Shown here one piece after another: positions 38,900 through 52,221 of a stretch of DNA of 64,000 nt. The first letter of the stretch is position 1. Every line of letters starts with the position of its first letter. The notes under the pieces are model-generated. The model was not told the DNA's origin. It was given only the letters and a program-made list of their open reading frames with translations, and did no database searches. The translations under genes were made by a program, and so were the position numbers. This stretch comes from the human T2T-CHM13v2.0 reference genome, Homo sapiens: NCBI RefSeq assembly GCF_009914755.1, contig NC_060947.1. One strand, given 5' to 3'.

Positions 38900-39195
38900 A
38901 GGGACCAACAGCACCACATTCTTGAGTCCCACCCTAGACCAACTGAAACAGAATCTAATTTTAATGTCCAGTGTATGTGCATTAAAGTTTAAGAAGTGCT
39001 TCTCTAAGCCATTTATTCTCAAACTTAGCTGCACGTTGGATATAACTGGAGGGTTTATTAAAATGCTGGTGCCTGAGTCCCATTCCAGACATTCAGAAGT
39101 AATTGGTATAGACTGTGCCTGAGCATCACATTGGGATGTCTAAAAGCTCCTTAGGTGATTCTAATATACAGCCAAAGTTGGGGAGCACTACTGTC
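38900..39195. mobile_element. MER5A/MER5B fragments
   Basis: gtgtatgtgcattaaagtttaagaagtgct; ttctcaaacttagctgcacgttgga...ggtgattctaatatacagccaaagttggggagcact. Confidence 0.7.
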
Positions 39196-39899
39196 ACTGG
39201 CTGTGCCTCAAGTTTCCCCCCATATTTTAGTGCATTGCAATGCCTGGTTTGTAGTTGGCTGGGAGGATTTGGGGAGGCAACCCTGGGAATTTACCCAGCA
39301 CACCACAGGCACCCAGAGGCCTCTCTTCCTTCCTGCCTTCACCACATTTCCTTCTGTCCTTCCTGACTTCCCATTTGTCTACTTCCTGAAGAGTTTCTTT
39401 GGCCCAATATGTGAGAGTGTTGGGAAATGGTGCTGAGAAGGGTTCTGGAAGTCTTATGCATTTTTTTTTTTCCATCCAGAACTGTCTTGTTGGCTTTGTG
39501 TTTTTGCAATGTTGTAGCAAGAGCATCATTTACTTATGATGGCTTTTATTTCACCCCCAGTTTATACTATTTTTTTTGGTACTACCAGCCAGTGAGCACT
39601 GAAATGTGGGGGAAAATGAGTTTGGAAATGCTTCCTTCCTGGTGCGTGTGCTGGGATGCAGACTTGTATCTGAAATTTTGGATATGTGCTATCGGCTGGT
39701 TGTGGTGTAGATCAGAGCCCCAAAGGGCACATCGAGCATTTCATTTGGCCACCAGATTGTCTTTTACAACAGAGGAGGTAAGGTATTTTAAACAGGATCT
39801 GTGTTAGGCTGGGAAGCCCACACAAGATGGGAAAGACTCATTTCTCCTAGGTCCTTCCCCCTAAGTACAACTAGAAACCCTGGAAATAAAGCAAAAAAA

Positions 39900-40110
39900 T
39901 AAATAATGCTAATAGTATCTACTTGCCCCAAGGGTAAATGCTGCCCTAACTTCTGACATCATAGTGTTATCTTGCCTCTTTTTGTGTTTTAGGTAAATGG
40001 AATCATTTAGTTTGTGCTAAATGATTTTTTGTGTGTCTGGCTTTTTCCATTCAGTGTTATGTTTTTGAGATTCACCCATGTTGTTGTGTGTAGCTGCAGA
40101 TTGTTCTAGG
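39900..40110 (-). mobile_element. Old L1M fragment
   Basis: gtaaatggaatcat...gtgtctggcttttt...tttttgagattcacccatgttgttgtgtgtagc. Confidence 0.75.
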
Positions 40111-40258
40111 GAAGAATTTTGACCAAACATTGATCTTGGACTCTTGGCAGAGTTAAGACTTGAGTAAAACTGAATCTTGTGGCAGTTTTTACTTTTTCTC
40201 TTAGTATAGAAGCATAAAACCTATTAAATGAACAGAATTTTAAAAATAAAGATCATTG

Positions 40259-40892
40259 TTCTTTAACAAACAATTGCTGTCTTTGCATTTTCTCTTTCCT
40301 CCAAAATCGCTGAGGTCTCGACTTACTCACTGCTAAAAAAAAAAAAGGGGGGGGGGACTCTGTATATTTTTAAATGAAGAGTGCTGTTTTTACCTAAATC
40401 AATCTGGCCTGGTATATGACAACATTTAAAAAAAAAAAAAAAACAACAACTCAAAGATAGAGCCTAAAAACTTGCCGACCAAGCAAGTAATTACGCTGAA
40501 CCCCCTTGGGCCCCCTTGGATACTCTCTAATTAGATGTCCTGGGTCCTCCCAATTCTTAGTCTTTTAATATCTGTTTTTCCTCTTCTCATATTTGGACCT
40601 TATGTCTTCCGTTTAGTTTCTCAATTCATCCAAAACCGTATCCAGGCCATCATCAATGATTCTATATGACAAATGCTCCTTCTAACAACCCCACGATATC
40701 ACCCCTTACCACAAAATCTTCCTTCAGCTTAATCTCTCCCACTCTAGGTTCCCACGCCGCCCCAATCCTGCTCAAAGCAGCCCTGAGAAACATCGCCCAT
40801 TATCTCTCCATACCACCCCCCAAAATTTTTGCTGCCCCAACACTTCAACACTATTTTGTTTTATTTTTCTTATTAATATAAGAAGACAGGAA
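40259..40892 (+). pseudogene. HERV-H internal 3' region: deleted, disrupted env remnant plus polypurine tract
   Basis: From 40299 reads LQNR*GLDLLTA (immunosuppressive domain), then after an A/G-run frameshift GLCIFLNEECCFYLNQSGLVYDNI (CX6CC motif); PPT aagaagacaggaa at 40880-40892. Confidence 0.92.
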
Positions 40893-41261
40893 TGTCAGGC
40901 CTCTGAGCCCAAGCTCAGCCATCATATCCCCTGTGACCCGCACGTATACATCCAGATGGCCTGAAGTAACTGAAGAATCACAACAGAAGTGAAAATGGTT
41001 TGTTCCTGCCTTAACTGATGACATTACCTTGTGAAATTCCTTCTCCTGGCTCATCCTGGCTCAAAAGCTCCCCTACTGAGCACCTTGTGACCCCCGCCCC
41101 TGCCCGCCAGTGAACAACCCCCTTTGACTAATTTTCCTTTACCTATCCAAATCCTATAAAATGGCCCCACCCCTATCTCCTTTCGCTAACTCTCTTTTCA
41201 GACTCAGCCCACCTGCACCCAGGTGAAATAAACAGCCTTTTTGCCCAAAAAAAAAAAAAAA
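40893..41261 (+). mobile_element. LTR7 (HERV-H) U3-R only, ending in poly(A)
   Basis: tgtcaggcctctgagcccaagc start; TATA-like ctataaaa near 41154; AATAAA at 41227-41232; A15 at 41247-41261 where U5 should begin. Confidence 0.95.
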
Positions 41262-41289
41262 TCAATAAAATAAAACTAATAACAATAAT

Positions 41290-41610
41290 CTCCAACTCTG
41301 TCACCCAGAGAAAATCACTGTTAATATTTTGGTGTATATCCTTCGGGTTTTGTTCTGTACATGTTTTAATAAAAGTGGCTTATAGTCTACATATTGCTTT
41401 GTAAATTGATTTTTTTCACTTATTAGAGCAAGAATATATTTCTGTGTCACCAAATATTCTTTTACAACATCCCCTTTAATTATTGCAGAGTTTCTTTTTT
41501 GGATAACAAAATTAGGCTTAATATATCTTAAACTTCTTTTTTTTGCATGAACTTTATGAGTTGCTTCAGCTTTCACTGTCATAAAAATGCAATCAGTAAG
41601 TAACATTGCC
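41290..41610 (-). mobile_element. Old L1ME-like fragment, probable host of the HERV-H insertion
   Basis: cacccagagaaaatcactgttaatattttggtgtatatccttc. Confidence 0.6.
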
Positions 41611-42345
41611 AACTCTTTAATTTTGGCCTAAATGGCGCATTTGACTGCACCTGGCTTGTGGGTGCCAATTGGTGTTTGCTGGGTGGTGAGAAGCTGGGTA
41701 AGATAGTTGTCAAGATAGGTCTCCATGTGTTTCTGAAATGAAGGCCAATATTAATTGTCTACTGTCTTGATTTCTGCTTATTTTCAGAAAGCCAGGAGCT
41801 AAGGGGTGATGTTTCACTGACTTACCTTTAGGGTAGGGATTATGAATTTTCTCTTTCCCATCTGCCCCAAAATCAAATTGTGTCTGCTAGGCATTAGGAT
41901 CACAAGATTCTAACTCTGAAAGCACTTCTTTTTAATTTTACGAAATAATTCAATTCTGTTAACTAGCACCTGTGAGCGTTGGTTGATTTTTTTTTTCCCC
42001 CCTCTTTTTACCACAAGAAATTAAGTGGGAATTAGATATCTAATTATTATGCAGTTTTCTAACTGAGGGCGAAAGGGACAGGTGGACATTGTAGTTTTTA
42101 TTAGTGATGCTATTGGAGTGTTTATAAAACACAGAACTGTTTTGGAAAACTTCAAAGTATTTTAAGCCAATAAGCTCACTAATGATGAGGAAAAGGAAAT
42201 AAAATTTCATTGTTTTTATATACATGCAATGGCCAAAGTCCAAGTAATTTTGGCTAATATCAACATTTGCTGGCTAGCACTTTGAAAACAAATAGACACA
42301 GTATTAGCAAGATTTTGAGTCAACAATAAAAATTTGGACTTTGGC

Positions 42346-42370
42346 CACACACACACACACACGCACACAC

Positions 42371-42413
<43 letters not shown>
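42346..42413. repeat. Long (CA)n microsatellite with two CG interruptions
   Basis: Directly visible. Confidence 0.97.
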
Positions 42414-42416
<3 letters not shown>

Positions 42417-43496
42417 GATTTTCTGGTTCTTTCTTCTTTAATTGTAAAACAAGAAGAAATAACTAGATCTGAAATTCTTTTGAGATCTAAAGAAGTATAA
42501 CTATTTTTGCTTAGAAAGACCTTTCCTTATTTCATACGATATGTTACTGGCCATCCTGGGATTTCAGAGTCTTTTAGCTCCATCGCTGTTCCATTCCCAA
42601 GTCCCCTCCTTGTTGAACTGATCTGTAAGATTGGGTTTTGAGTTGCTTCCTTCTGACCCTTTTATGTATAGCAGTATATTTTCATCCCATGGTAACCTCC
42701 TGGGTGAAATGTTGGAGACAGATATATTACAGGATATTTGTAATTATACTAGAAGATGTTTTAGTGGGAAAGTTCCTTACTTATGATCACAGCATCTCTG
42801 AAAACTTTCACTGCTGTCTAGAAAAAAAATCTTTAGAGTTGTCAAATATATTCCCTTTAGAGCCAAGGACATCTTGATACTACCTAATGCCACTTCCCTA
42901 TTTCTCTCTAGCTTGGAGATCTGGGACATTTCATAGATGTCATGGAATTCTAAAAGTCAACAGAATTTGTAAGATGATACTCTGGGATGATTTGATTTTG
43001 TACCTAGTATTTGCTCTAATGAGAATTCGAGTAATCCAACTGCCTTTCTCCTTTCATGAATGCCCACTGTGGCTGGGGGCCCATGAATCAGGTCTCCCAT
43101 CAGGAATTATGGCCATTTGGTGACTTCCAGCTCACATAGTGCCATCTCAGAATGAGTGAACCCGGTGTGCACTCAGGGAGGGAGACATTTGAGTTCTCCA
43201 GACCTACTTAAGGCAAATATGTTCCTTATGAATGAGGTTCCTCTCCTTGTTTTACACTTCCTTTACTTTGATCTCTTGCCTCTGGTTTTTAATGAGCAGG
43301 AGCTTTGTAGGAAGGTGAGGAGAATTTTTGTCATCTATAGCCTGAGCAGAGGGGAGTTGAAGGTGAATATGTGTGGGCATATACACACACATGTATGTAA
43401 GTATATGTGCATATATATGTGTGCATCTGTGAGCATGTGGTTGTATGTGCACACTGCACGTTTGCTGGTCTAGGCATTAAGGGTATTGTCTAGATG

Positions 43497-43727
43497 ATAA
43501 TAATAATAATATCTAATCTTTATGAAGTACCATGTTTCAGGCAGTGCTCTAAGCATTTAATGCCTACAATATCTATGGCAGCAGGTACTGTCGTTGTCTC
43601 CATTTTTCAGATGAGGAAACTGAGGCACAGAGGTATGAAGAAATTTACCTGAGGTCACACAGCTAGAAAATGAGAAAGCTAGGCTTCAGACCCAGGTTGG
43701 CTGTTTCCAGCTCCTAACTTGCCCACT
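43497..43727 (-). mobile_element. MIR SINE, near full length
   Basis: cagatgaggaaactgaggcacagagg...gaggtcacacagctag. Confidence 0.88.
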
Positions 43728-44019
43728 CAACTGAAAGGGAAGTCCCTATGGGACGCAAGACCTCCCCCATCTTGCTCCAGATAAAGCTGAATCTTGTTAT
43801 AATTCAGCTCATTGCCCCATGGCAGTGGGTCTGATGTCCTACAGAGCAGAACTAGAAGTGGATTTTGGATACCTGAGAACCTAGAGCTGTAGTGTTCGTG
43901 CATTAGGGTCAGAAGACCTGAGTGTAGCATGTTGATGTGTTTGGGGACCTGTCATCCTATCTAAGGCTGCATTTCTGATAGGAAAGAGAAAGGTGGCATA
44001 TCAGTTACGTGAAGTTCAA

Positions 44020-44200
44020 AACCAAGCAAAGTCCTCCTCTGAGATACAGGTCAGAAGAGTGATTATCTTGGGAGAGGCCTGAAGAAGTTTGCTGGAGCAC
44101 TGGGAATATTCCATATTTGGACCTGAATGACCTTAACATGGCTGTGTACTTAAGTTTTATGCACTTTACTGTATGTAAGTGATATCTCAATTAAAAAGTA
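44020..44200 (+). mobile_element. Old L1M 3' end
   Basis: gctgtgtacttaagttttatgcactttactgtatgtaagtgatatctcaattaaaaa. Confidence 0.65.
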
Positions 44201-44917
44201 CATAAAAATGGAGGCATTTAAATTGACTTGTGCCACTATTGTAGAAGCAGTGTGAGGGATGCCAGGGGAGAGGAATAGATATATTTGATGCAGATTTAAA
44301 GGAAAAATCAGTCAGGTGTTTAGAGATGTAGATAGCTCTTAATCTGTAAGAACCAGAAGTGATTTCCAGGAAGACATAATTGCTTATATCCGGAAGACAA
44401 TAATTTTATTGCTCTTAATTTCATCTTTATTTTTTTTATTTGTATTTTGGCTTCTAATCCCCCTGAGCATTTGTGTGTTTGCCCTGCCTTCATTTGATTC
44501 TGGCTCTGCCTTTTAAAACAGTTGCTGCTGCCACCTCTCCCAAGTTCTGAAAGATTTACAAATGTTTGAACAGAGAAACAAAGACAGAAAATGGGAGACA
44601 TGCTCTGGTTTGCTGCAAATGGCTTTTCCTGCCAAGCTGCGGGGAATGGTATTTGGGCCAGCTTTGCCTTCCTAATTGGAACCATAGCTCCTTGGATTGC
44701 CTTCAGATTGAAAACTTGAGGGTCTGCCACTCTGCAAGGACCATTTCATGCTGGGACACTACGTACCAGGATTCTCACTTTCATTGGCCTTTAAGAGAGA
44801 ACAGCAGAGTTCCCTAATCAGTTTGGCTAACACTTGAAAGGGGAGTAGCAAACTTCTAATTTTTTGTAGGTTTTATACTTCTCTGCTACTCTCTTCATGC
44901 CCCTCTCCCCCAGAGCT

Positions 44918-45528
<611 letters not shown>

Positions 45529-45553
45529 TTATACAAGCTAGACCCGCCCCATT

Positions 45554-45853
45554 CAGCCGCTAGCAAAAGATGGCTATTAAGTACTTGAAATGGGGCTAGT
45601 TGGGAGTGAGATGTGATGTGCTGTATGTGTAAAATACGCATTTGGTTTCAAATAGTACAACAAAAAGAATGTACAATATTTCTTAATAAGTTTTTATATT
45701 GATTACATGTTGAAAAATATTTTGGATATATTAGGTTAAATGTAATAAATTATTAATTTTACCTGTTTCTTTTTAGTTTTCTTAATGTGGCTACTAGAAA
45801 AGCTAACATTACATGTGCGACTCATATTGTATTTCTGTTTGTTTCTAGTGCTG
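45554..45853 (-). mobile_element. MER33 hAT-Charlie element
   Basis: ggctattaagtacttgaaat...ttacatgttgaaa...ttaatgtggctactagaaaa...attacat. Confidence 0.85.
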
Positions 45854-46029
45854 AGCTAGACCTTCCTTCCAATCTGCTCCAAATACAGTAAAATTTTGTT
45901 CTAGCATAGTCATGGGTAAAATGGACTTGGGAGTAACATACCACATATTAAATTCCTATTTTCCACCACCATCACCTTGCTGACCATTTACAATTTGACA
46001 GTTTTTTATATATGAGGGAAAAAATCCAA

Positions 46030-46250
46030 ACCTTTAATGAATGCGTGTCATGCACCAATTATAGTACCACGTCCTTTCACATAATTAATTGCATTTAATC
46101 TTTGTGACTTTTCTATTAGGTCCGTATCATCAGCTCCATTTTACAAACAGGGAAATTGAGGTTTAGTTTAGCAACTTGTCTAGATTTCTATTACTAATAA
46201 GGGGGAAGAGCAAGGTTTAGATATAGGTCAGCTGACTCCAGTTCTAATAG
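46030..46250 (-). mobile_element. MIR SINE
   Basis: ccattttacaaacagggaaattgagg core. Confidence 0.65.
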
Positions 46251-46589
46251 CAATTCTCCCCCCAAATGGTCTATCTCTTATAGTATGTATCTCATTCTGC
46301 ATTGTGTTTGAGATAGTTCTGCATGCTTTACCCTCTTATATTTGTTAAATCCTTATGAAAAGGTAGTGTAACCTATAGGAGATCACAGTCAATATTCAGT
46401 GAACCGAATTGCTTTAACATATGTTGTATGAAAGACCTAATTCTAATATTCTCCTATGGAGTTTGGTATTTGCCCCATTATTTTCCTCTTAATTGCTGTG
46501 GCTAGATTACTAAACCCGCATCCTTAAATTGCTATTTTATGTCTCTATGGCTTCCTGAGTCTTTGGAGCCCTGTTGATTTATGTAATTC

Positions 46590-46850
46590 TTTGATTTAAT
46601 AAATATTTATTAAGTATATACTATGGGACATTTACTGTGCCAAGCCATGGGAATCCATAGGAGACCAACAATTCCTGAAGGGTCCTTGCCCTCAAGGAAC
46701 TTACGGTTAATTGGGAGGTAGATACATGTAAATAGGCAATTGTGATGAACATGGTTCCTGCCTTGATAGCAGTAGGTGAAAGGGTTTCGGGGGCACATTG
46801 TTGAAGCACCTCACCCAATCTAGAGGATATATGAAGGCTTCTCAAAAGAG
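46590..46850 (-). mobile_element. L2 3' fragment
   Basis: aataaatatttattaag...ggtccttgccctcaaggaactta...gaaggcttctcaaaagagg. Confidence 0.7.
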
Positions 46851-48149
46851 GGGAAGGAAATGCAAAGTTTCGTTTCCAGTTTAGTGAAAATAAAAATATG
46901 ATTTTTTTCTCTAACGCCCTGAATTTTATTCATGAAATTTTGCTATGTAGATAGGAAGTGGAGGCTTTACAGAGACAGGAACTAAAGGATAATCTAAATC
47001 TGGGGCCTCCCCGGTGACCCTGCAGTGGGGCCTATGGTCTCCAGTGCAGTACTCCACCATTCCCTGGGCTCAGTATCTTTCTGTGTTTTTTTTTTTTGTT
47101 TTTGTTTTTGTTTTTGTTTTTCCCTGTAATTACCCTGAGTCAAATTCTGGGCTTTCCTCTGTACTTTCTTTCAGCTTTGACTTCCAACTGTAATTGCATT
47201 TTTGCAGTGTGTCTCAGTTCACATTCTCCAGGAGAGCATGAGAGAGAGAGGCTGTCTGATCTAGATCATTTTAAAAATTATTATTTTCAAGCCACATCAT
47301 TGGCTGCTTACCAGGCAATAGTTAGGTTGCCCTTGAATCTGGTGCTCACCCTTGGTCCAATCAACTATAGCATGAGAAGGGTCAGGAACAGTTGGCAGAA
47401 AAGAAAAAAGCTGCCAAAGTCACTCTTCTATGTGCATGTCTTTTCTGAGCTGTGGTAGGTTGGGCAGTTTATCCAGGGATGTGGCATGGCAGGCCACTGA
47501 CCTGGAAAGTTCTTTTAATACCTAGAGAAACAATATAATGGATGACAAGTGAGCAAGTTGGAAAAATCCACAAGCCTGTCTCTTTAATTGTACCAGGGGC
47601 GGTCCCTGGATCCCTTGCTTTGAGATTATTTAGCTGTAGTTAAACCAGGCTTGTAGTGCCATGTCCCAGAACATAATCTTTTCTTCATTGTCAGGGGCTC
47701 AGAATGTTATTTCAATATTTAGAAATTTCCCTCCCCCCACCACCAAAAATTGGCTGTTGACATACAGTCTCATTGATATAGGTAGCTCACTGAGTTCCTT
47801 TTGAGCAGTCTATCCATGTGGCTTGTCTCTAGGACCAGGGGACAAAGGTTGATCCTAACCTGAAATCCACACCCCCCACCCAAAGGACCTGTGCATAGAA
47901 GGCATGGGGTTCAGGAAAAAATGACATCTTTAGTTTCACTAATTTTGAACTGGAATTTAGCATTTCCTTCCATTACAAATAAAGACAAAAATCACAGTAG
48001 TGTTAGCTGTACCTGTAACTTGGTCACTAGCAGAAATCATAGACATTTCTGTATCATGTTGTGGTTCCTATAGAGATCTCATTATTACCTCAAAATTATG
48101 ATGGTATAAGACTCACTACTAGATCTTGTTATTCAATGCATTGATAAAC

Positions 48150-48339
48150 AAGCGCACATTTTACTGTATGACAAATTTGCTGTTTAGTATTTGGATAACT
48201 TTATTTTGATACAATTGATTTGCTTTATAATCCCATGTAGTTTACCTTATACATTTAAAATAACTGTTCTGACAAGGGGTCCATTGGCTTCACCAGCTTT
48301 CCAAAGGGGCCAACACACAGCAAAGGTTTGGAACCCCTG
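48150..48339. mobile_element. hAT-Charlie remnant (Charlie4/MER113-like)
   Basis: aaggggtccattggcttcaccag...ccaaaggggcc...aaaggtttggaacccctg terminus. Confidence 0.6.
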
Positions 48340-49139
48340 CTCAAGGATGTAATCCTTTGATGAACAAACTCATCATGGAGGTCACTGCTCACTCTAGGAG
48401 TTCCTACTGATATGTATCAGTCTGAGAGAGGGAAATCCTGAAGCTGAAATCTTACAGTGATCCTGGGGAGGATGATTCAGGTGATTTGTAGTCAAGAGAC
48501 AAAGCTATGCAAGTAGAACAGTAACTTAAAGAAGATGGCAGCAGGGGGCCTTTAATTAAAGCCATCCTGATGCACCCACACCCATGGTATGTCTATGTCT
48601 ATGAGTGTGCTCCACAGAGTGCATATCTTCTTGTCTGATTGTTAATCAGCCCCACATGTTTGTATTGTTATTGAATGATATGAGTCCTTAAGTTGATGCT
48701 TCCCTTTCCTGGATTAGAAGGAAGTAGAGCAGGCAAATTTTGTATAGGAGCCCAACTCTGAGTCTTTGGAGCCCTGTTGATTTATAGGCTATTTGATAGC
48801 ATTGAAGCTCATTGGTTAACCAGTCCTTTCCCACTAGAAAGCCAAGTAAAGGAAGATGCTGGGTAGATGGGATGAAGGAATAAACTCAGGGCAGAAGAGA
48901 CCACAGAAAACATGGGCTACAGCAAGTCAAGAACTCCTCATGGACACCATCTGGTCAGTGGTCCTAGTCACTGGCAATCCCAGGTGGACATTCACATAGG
49001 CTACTTCTGAGGTTCTCCCGGTACCTGACTCAGAGCTACTGACTCCCTTTCTATTCTAGTCACAAGCAATCCATTCGCTCATTCTGCTAGTGGAGATTTA
49101 CAAGCTCAGTTCAGCAGCTGAATGTTGGCTAGAAGGCCA

Positions 49140-49335
49140 CTTGGTGAAAAGAACTCAAGTTTGGAATAAGGAAACCGAAGTTCTAACTTTTACTGTTCTA
49201 GTGACAGCTCTGTGATCTTGCGGGAGTCATATTGTCTCTGTCCACTTCAGTTTATTCATCTGTTAAATGAGTTCAGTATTAAGTTGCCTTCTAGAATTCC
49301 TGTGAGCATCAAAGGGTATGAAAACACTTGAAGAA
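49140..49335 (+). mobile_element. MIR SINE
   Basis: agctctgtgatcttgcgggagtca...ttcagtttattcatctgttaaatgag. Confidence 0.7.
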
Positions 49336-49989
49336 GAACAAAATTTTATGAGTGCACAAGGGAATATCGTAAGGCATCTACGGACTCCATCATAAGAGCT
49401 TCATGTCAATTTCTTCTTGCTGTCTTTCCATTTGGTGTTCATTGAAGAGAAGGGCCTGAGGGACTGAGTTTGTTTCTGTGCCTAGAATACCGCTAATGGT
49501 CATCTGTCAAATTGCAATAAGAGAGTTTAATTTTATGTTCAATCAGAGCAGGGTTCCTGTTGGTTTCTACCTCTTAGAGGTTGAGCTCCAAGCTTAAGCA
49601 TGAGGAATATGTGCAGATTTCCTTCTTTACATGGGTTTAATATGGCTATCCCAGAGGGTGCCAGAGGGGAGAGAGGGTTATAGGTAATAGTGAAAAGTAA
49701 AGTGGAATTGCCCTTTAATTTCCCCTCTACTACTTTTGTCAGGGGCTGGCATCCCCAGCAACTGTGAGCTGGAATCCCAGGGCTTTGGAAGGATCAAATG
49801 TAGTTTCTCATACAAAAAAATACTAGAAATGTTGGTGTTGGAAGAAGAGTTTCACAAGACTAATAGCTACCCCTGGTTACCTCCCAATAGCTAAGACAGC
49901 TCCTCTTCCTCCTTCTCCTCCTCCTCATCATCATGGTCATTAACATCACCACCACCATTTACTATCACCAACATCATCACCATTATCAT

Positions 49990-50210
49990 GATAACATATT
50001 CCATAGCTCATTCCTATGCCAGAGAACTGTGCCAGGTGTTATGTACATAGTCTCATTTAGCTCCAACAACCATACTCAATTGAACATAGGCAACTGAGGC
50101 TTAGAGAAGCCAAGTGGCTTGACTAAGGACACAGCTGGTCAAGTGGTAGAACTGGAAATTGAGCAGGTCTGCTTGAACCCAAAGCGCATGCCCTCAACTA
50201 GCATACTACA
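49990..50210 (-). mobile_element. MIR SINE preceded by (CAT/CCT)n low-complexity sequence
   Basis: caactgaggcttagagaagccaagtggcttgactaaggacacagctgg. Confidence 0.75.
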
Positions 50211-51810
50211 TATAGTCTCTTTGGCACTTGATAAACCTGTGACGAACACACGAGCAAATGGATAAAAGAATAAATACCAGAGGATGGAAAAAAAGGACTA
50301 GGGTTCACGGTAGTGGATTTACTGGAGTGTCATTTGTTCTATCATTGTCTCCTCACTTTCCATCCCAAATATTATTAAACCCTGTTGTCCTGTTCTTGTA
50401 AATCTCAACTCAGAGTTGAGCTGCTTTTGCTTGATGTGGCAGTTGAACCCCTCCCTAAATGCCACCATGTTGCTACTACAGGGCTCTTGAACCATGGACT
50501 GCAAGGTGGTGTGTAATTTGTAGCTAAGGCAGGCAAAATGGAGTTCTTCACAAAATTTCCTGGAGATATTTGCAGGCAAGCAGCCCCTTCCTGAGAGGAA
50601 GGAATTTAGAATTTACAAAGGGGCTGTGAGGTGCATTTTATTACCTGTCACCTCAGCCTGCCAGATACCAGAAGAGACGCTGTGTCTTTTTGAAGCAGCC
50701 AAGCTCATTTGTAGAAAAACGAATATAATATGTTTTTTTGCCCATGAAGAACTCATGTATGGAGATCTATGCATACAGACATAAATGTGTATACCTCTAC
50801 ACATCTTGGTTTGTATAAAATCTAGGCTTCTGGCCCCTGGGAGATCTTATGCCAAATTATAAAATGAAGTCCATTTGTTCATCTAGAAGAGTCTGGGTTA
50901 TTGGTTTATAAAAATTTGCCCATTGTGAGGCCTCCGAGCCAGTTTAGGTAAACAGAGATGGCAAATAATTATCTGCAGATCTGAGATTTCAAACAGGACA
51001 AGGGAGAGAGGAAAGAGAGTTGAGCTGCTATTTTTTAATCCAACCTTCCTCAAGTTCCATGTTGGGGATCAATAAACTATAAAAACAAGAAGAAAAAGCT
51101 GCAGAGAAGAGAACCAGTTGCAGCTGGCAGAAGAAACCTGCTATTGAAACTGGTAATGCCATTTTAATTAGGCTAAAACATGAATGAGCGCCGCGTTAAG
51201 ACCTTCTCCTTGGTGCCCTGGGTCGCTGGGAGAGAGAATGCACTCCCTTTGTGTGCTTTGCCAAAGCCCACCAGCTGCTACCTTGCAGGAGAGTTACATC
51301 TGAGTCACTGGTTTCCAAAAGGGCGACAAGTAGGCTATGTGTGGCTGAATGAGAGGGGCCTGTCTTTTCTTGATCCTGCCAGCTTGGGCCTGGACTCAAG
51401 CCATCACAGCAATGGCTCTGATTTGTAAATGGGTTGGATGTTTCAAGAAGCTGCTACAAGAGCGGATTGGGAGAGGATGGGAAAACCAAATAGGGTGAAG
51501 AAAGAAAGCTGTAGGACTCGGCTGGGATTTTTGAGGCCCAGAAGGCTGTTTTGTTTATCTCAAACTCCATAAGCTGAGATGTATCTTGCCCTTGAGGGGG
51601 TCAGCTTTTAATGATAATGATGATGAAGATAGTGTTGATAATAATAATGCAAACAAAAATTAACAGTGAACATTTAACAACCCCTTTCTGTGTATCAAGT
51701 GCTGTTTTAAGTTTATTATGTCAATGAGCTCAGTCTTGATTCTAGCCTTGTGATGGCAGTTATCCTATTATTTCCATTTTAGAGATGAGGAAACAGAAGA
51801 ACAGAGAGGT

Positions 51811-52221
51811 CGTCTTAGTCCATTTGTGTTTCTATAAAGGATAACCTGAGGGTGGGTAATTTATAAAGAGAAGAGGTTTATTTGACTCACAGTCCTGTAG
51901 GCTGTGCAGGAAGCATAGCACCAGCATTTGCTTCTGGTGAGCACCTCGGTAAGCTTCTACTCGTAGTGGAAGGTGAAGGGAGTCACCTGGCATCACATAT
52001 CAAGAGAGGAAGAAAGAGAGGGGGTGGAGGGAGGGGCCAGGCTCTTTTTAGCCATCAGTTCCTATGGGAACTAATAGAGTAAGAACTCACTCCTGGGCAC
52101 CAAAGCATGCATGAGGGATCCACTCTCACAACCCAAACATCTCCCACCGGGCCCCACCTCCAACATTGGAGATTAAATTTCAACATGAGCTTTGGAGGAA
52201 ACAAATATCCAAACCATAGCA
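51811..52221 (-). mobile_element. MSTB-like MaLR solo LTR inserted into a MIR
   Basis: gtcttagtccatttgtg...aaatttcaacatgag...ccaaaccatagca; 5-bp TSD gaggt at 51806-51810 and 52222-52226; the MIR core continues across the insertion. Confidence 0.92.

Noticed and set aside
40666-41054. ORFs overlapping HERV-H env/LTR7
   Set aside because: The env remnant has a large deletion, an in-frame stop in the ISU motif and homopolymer frameshifts, so no functional protein is supportable.
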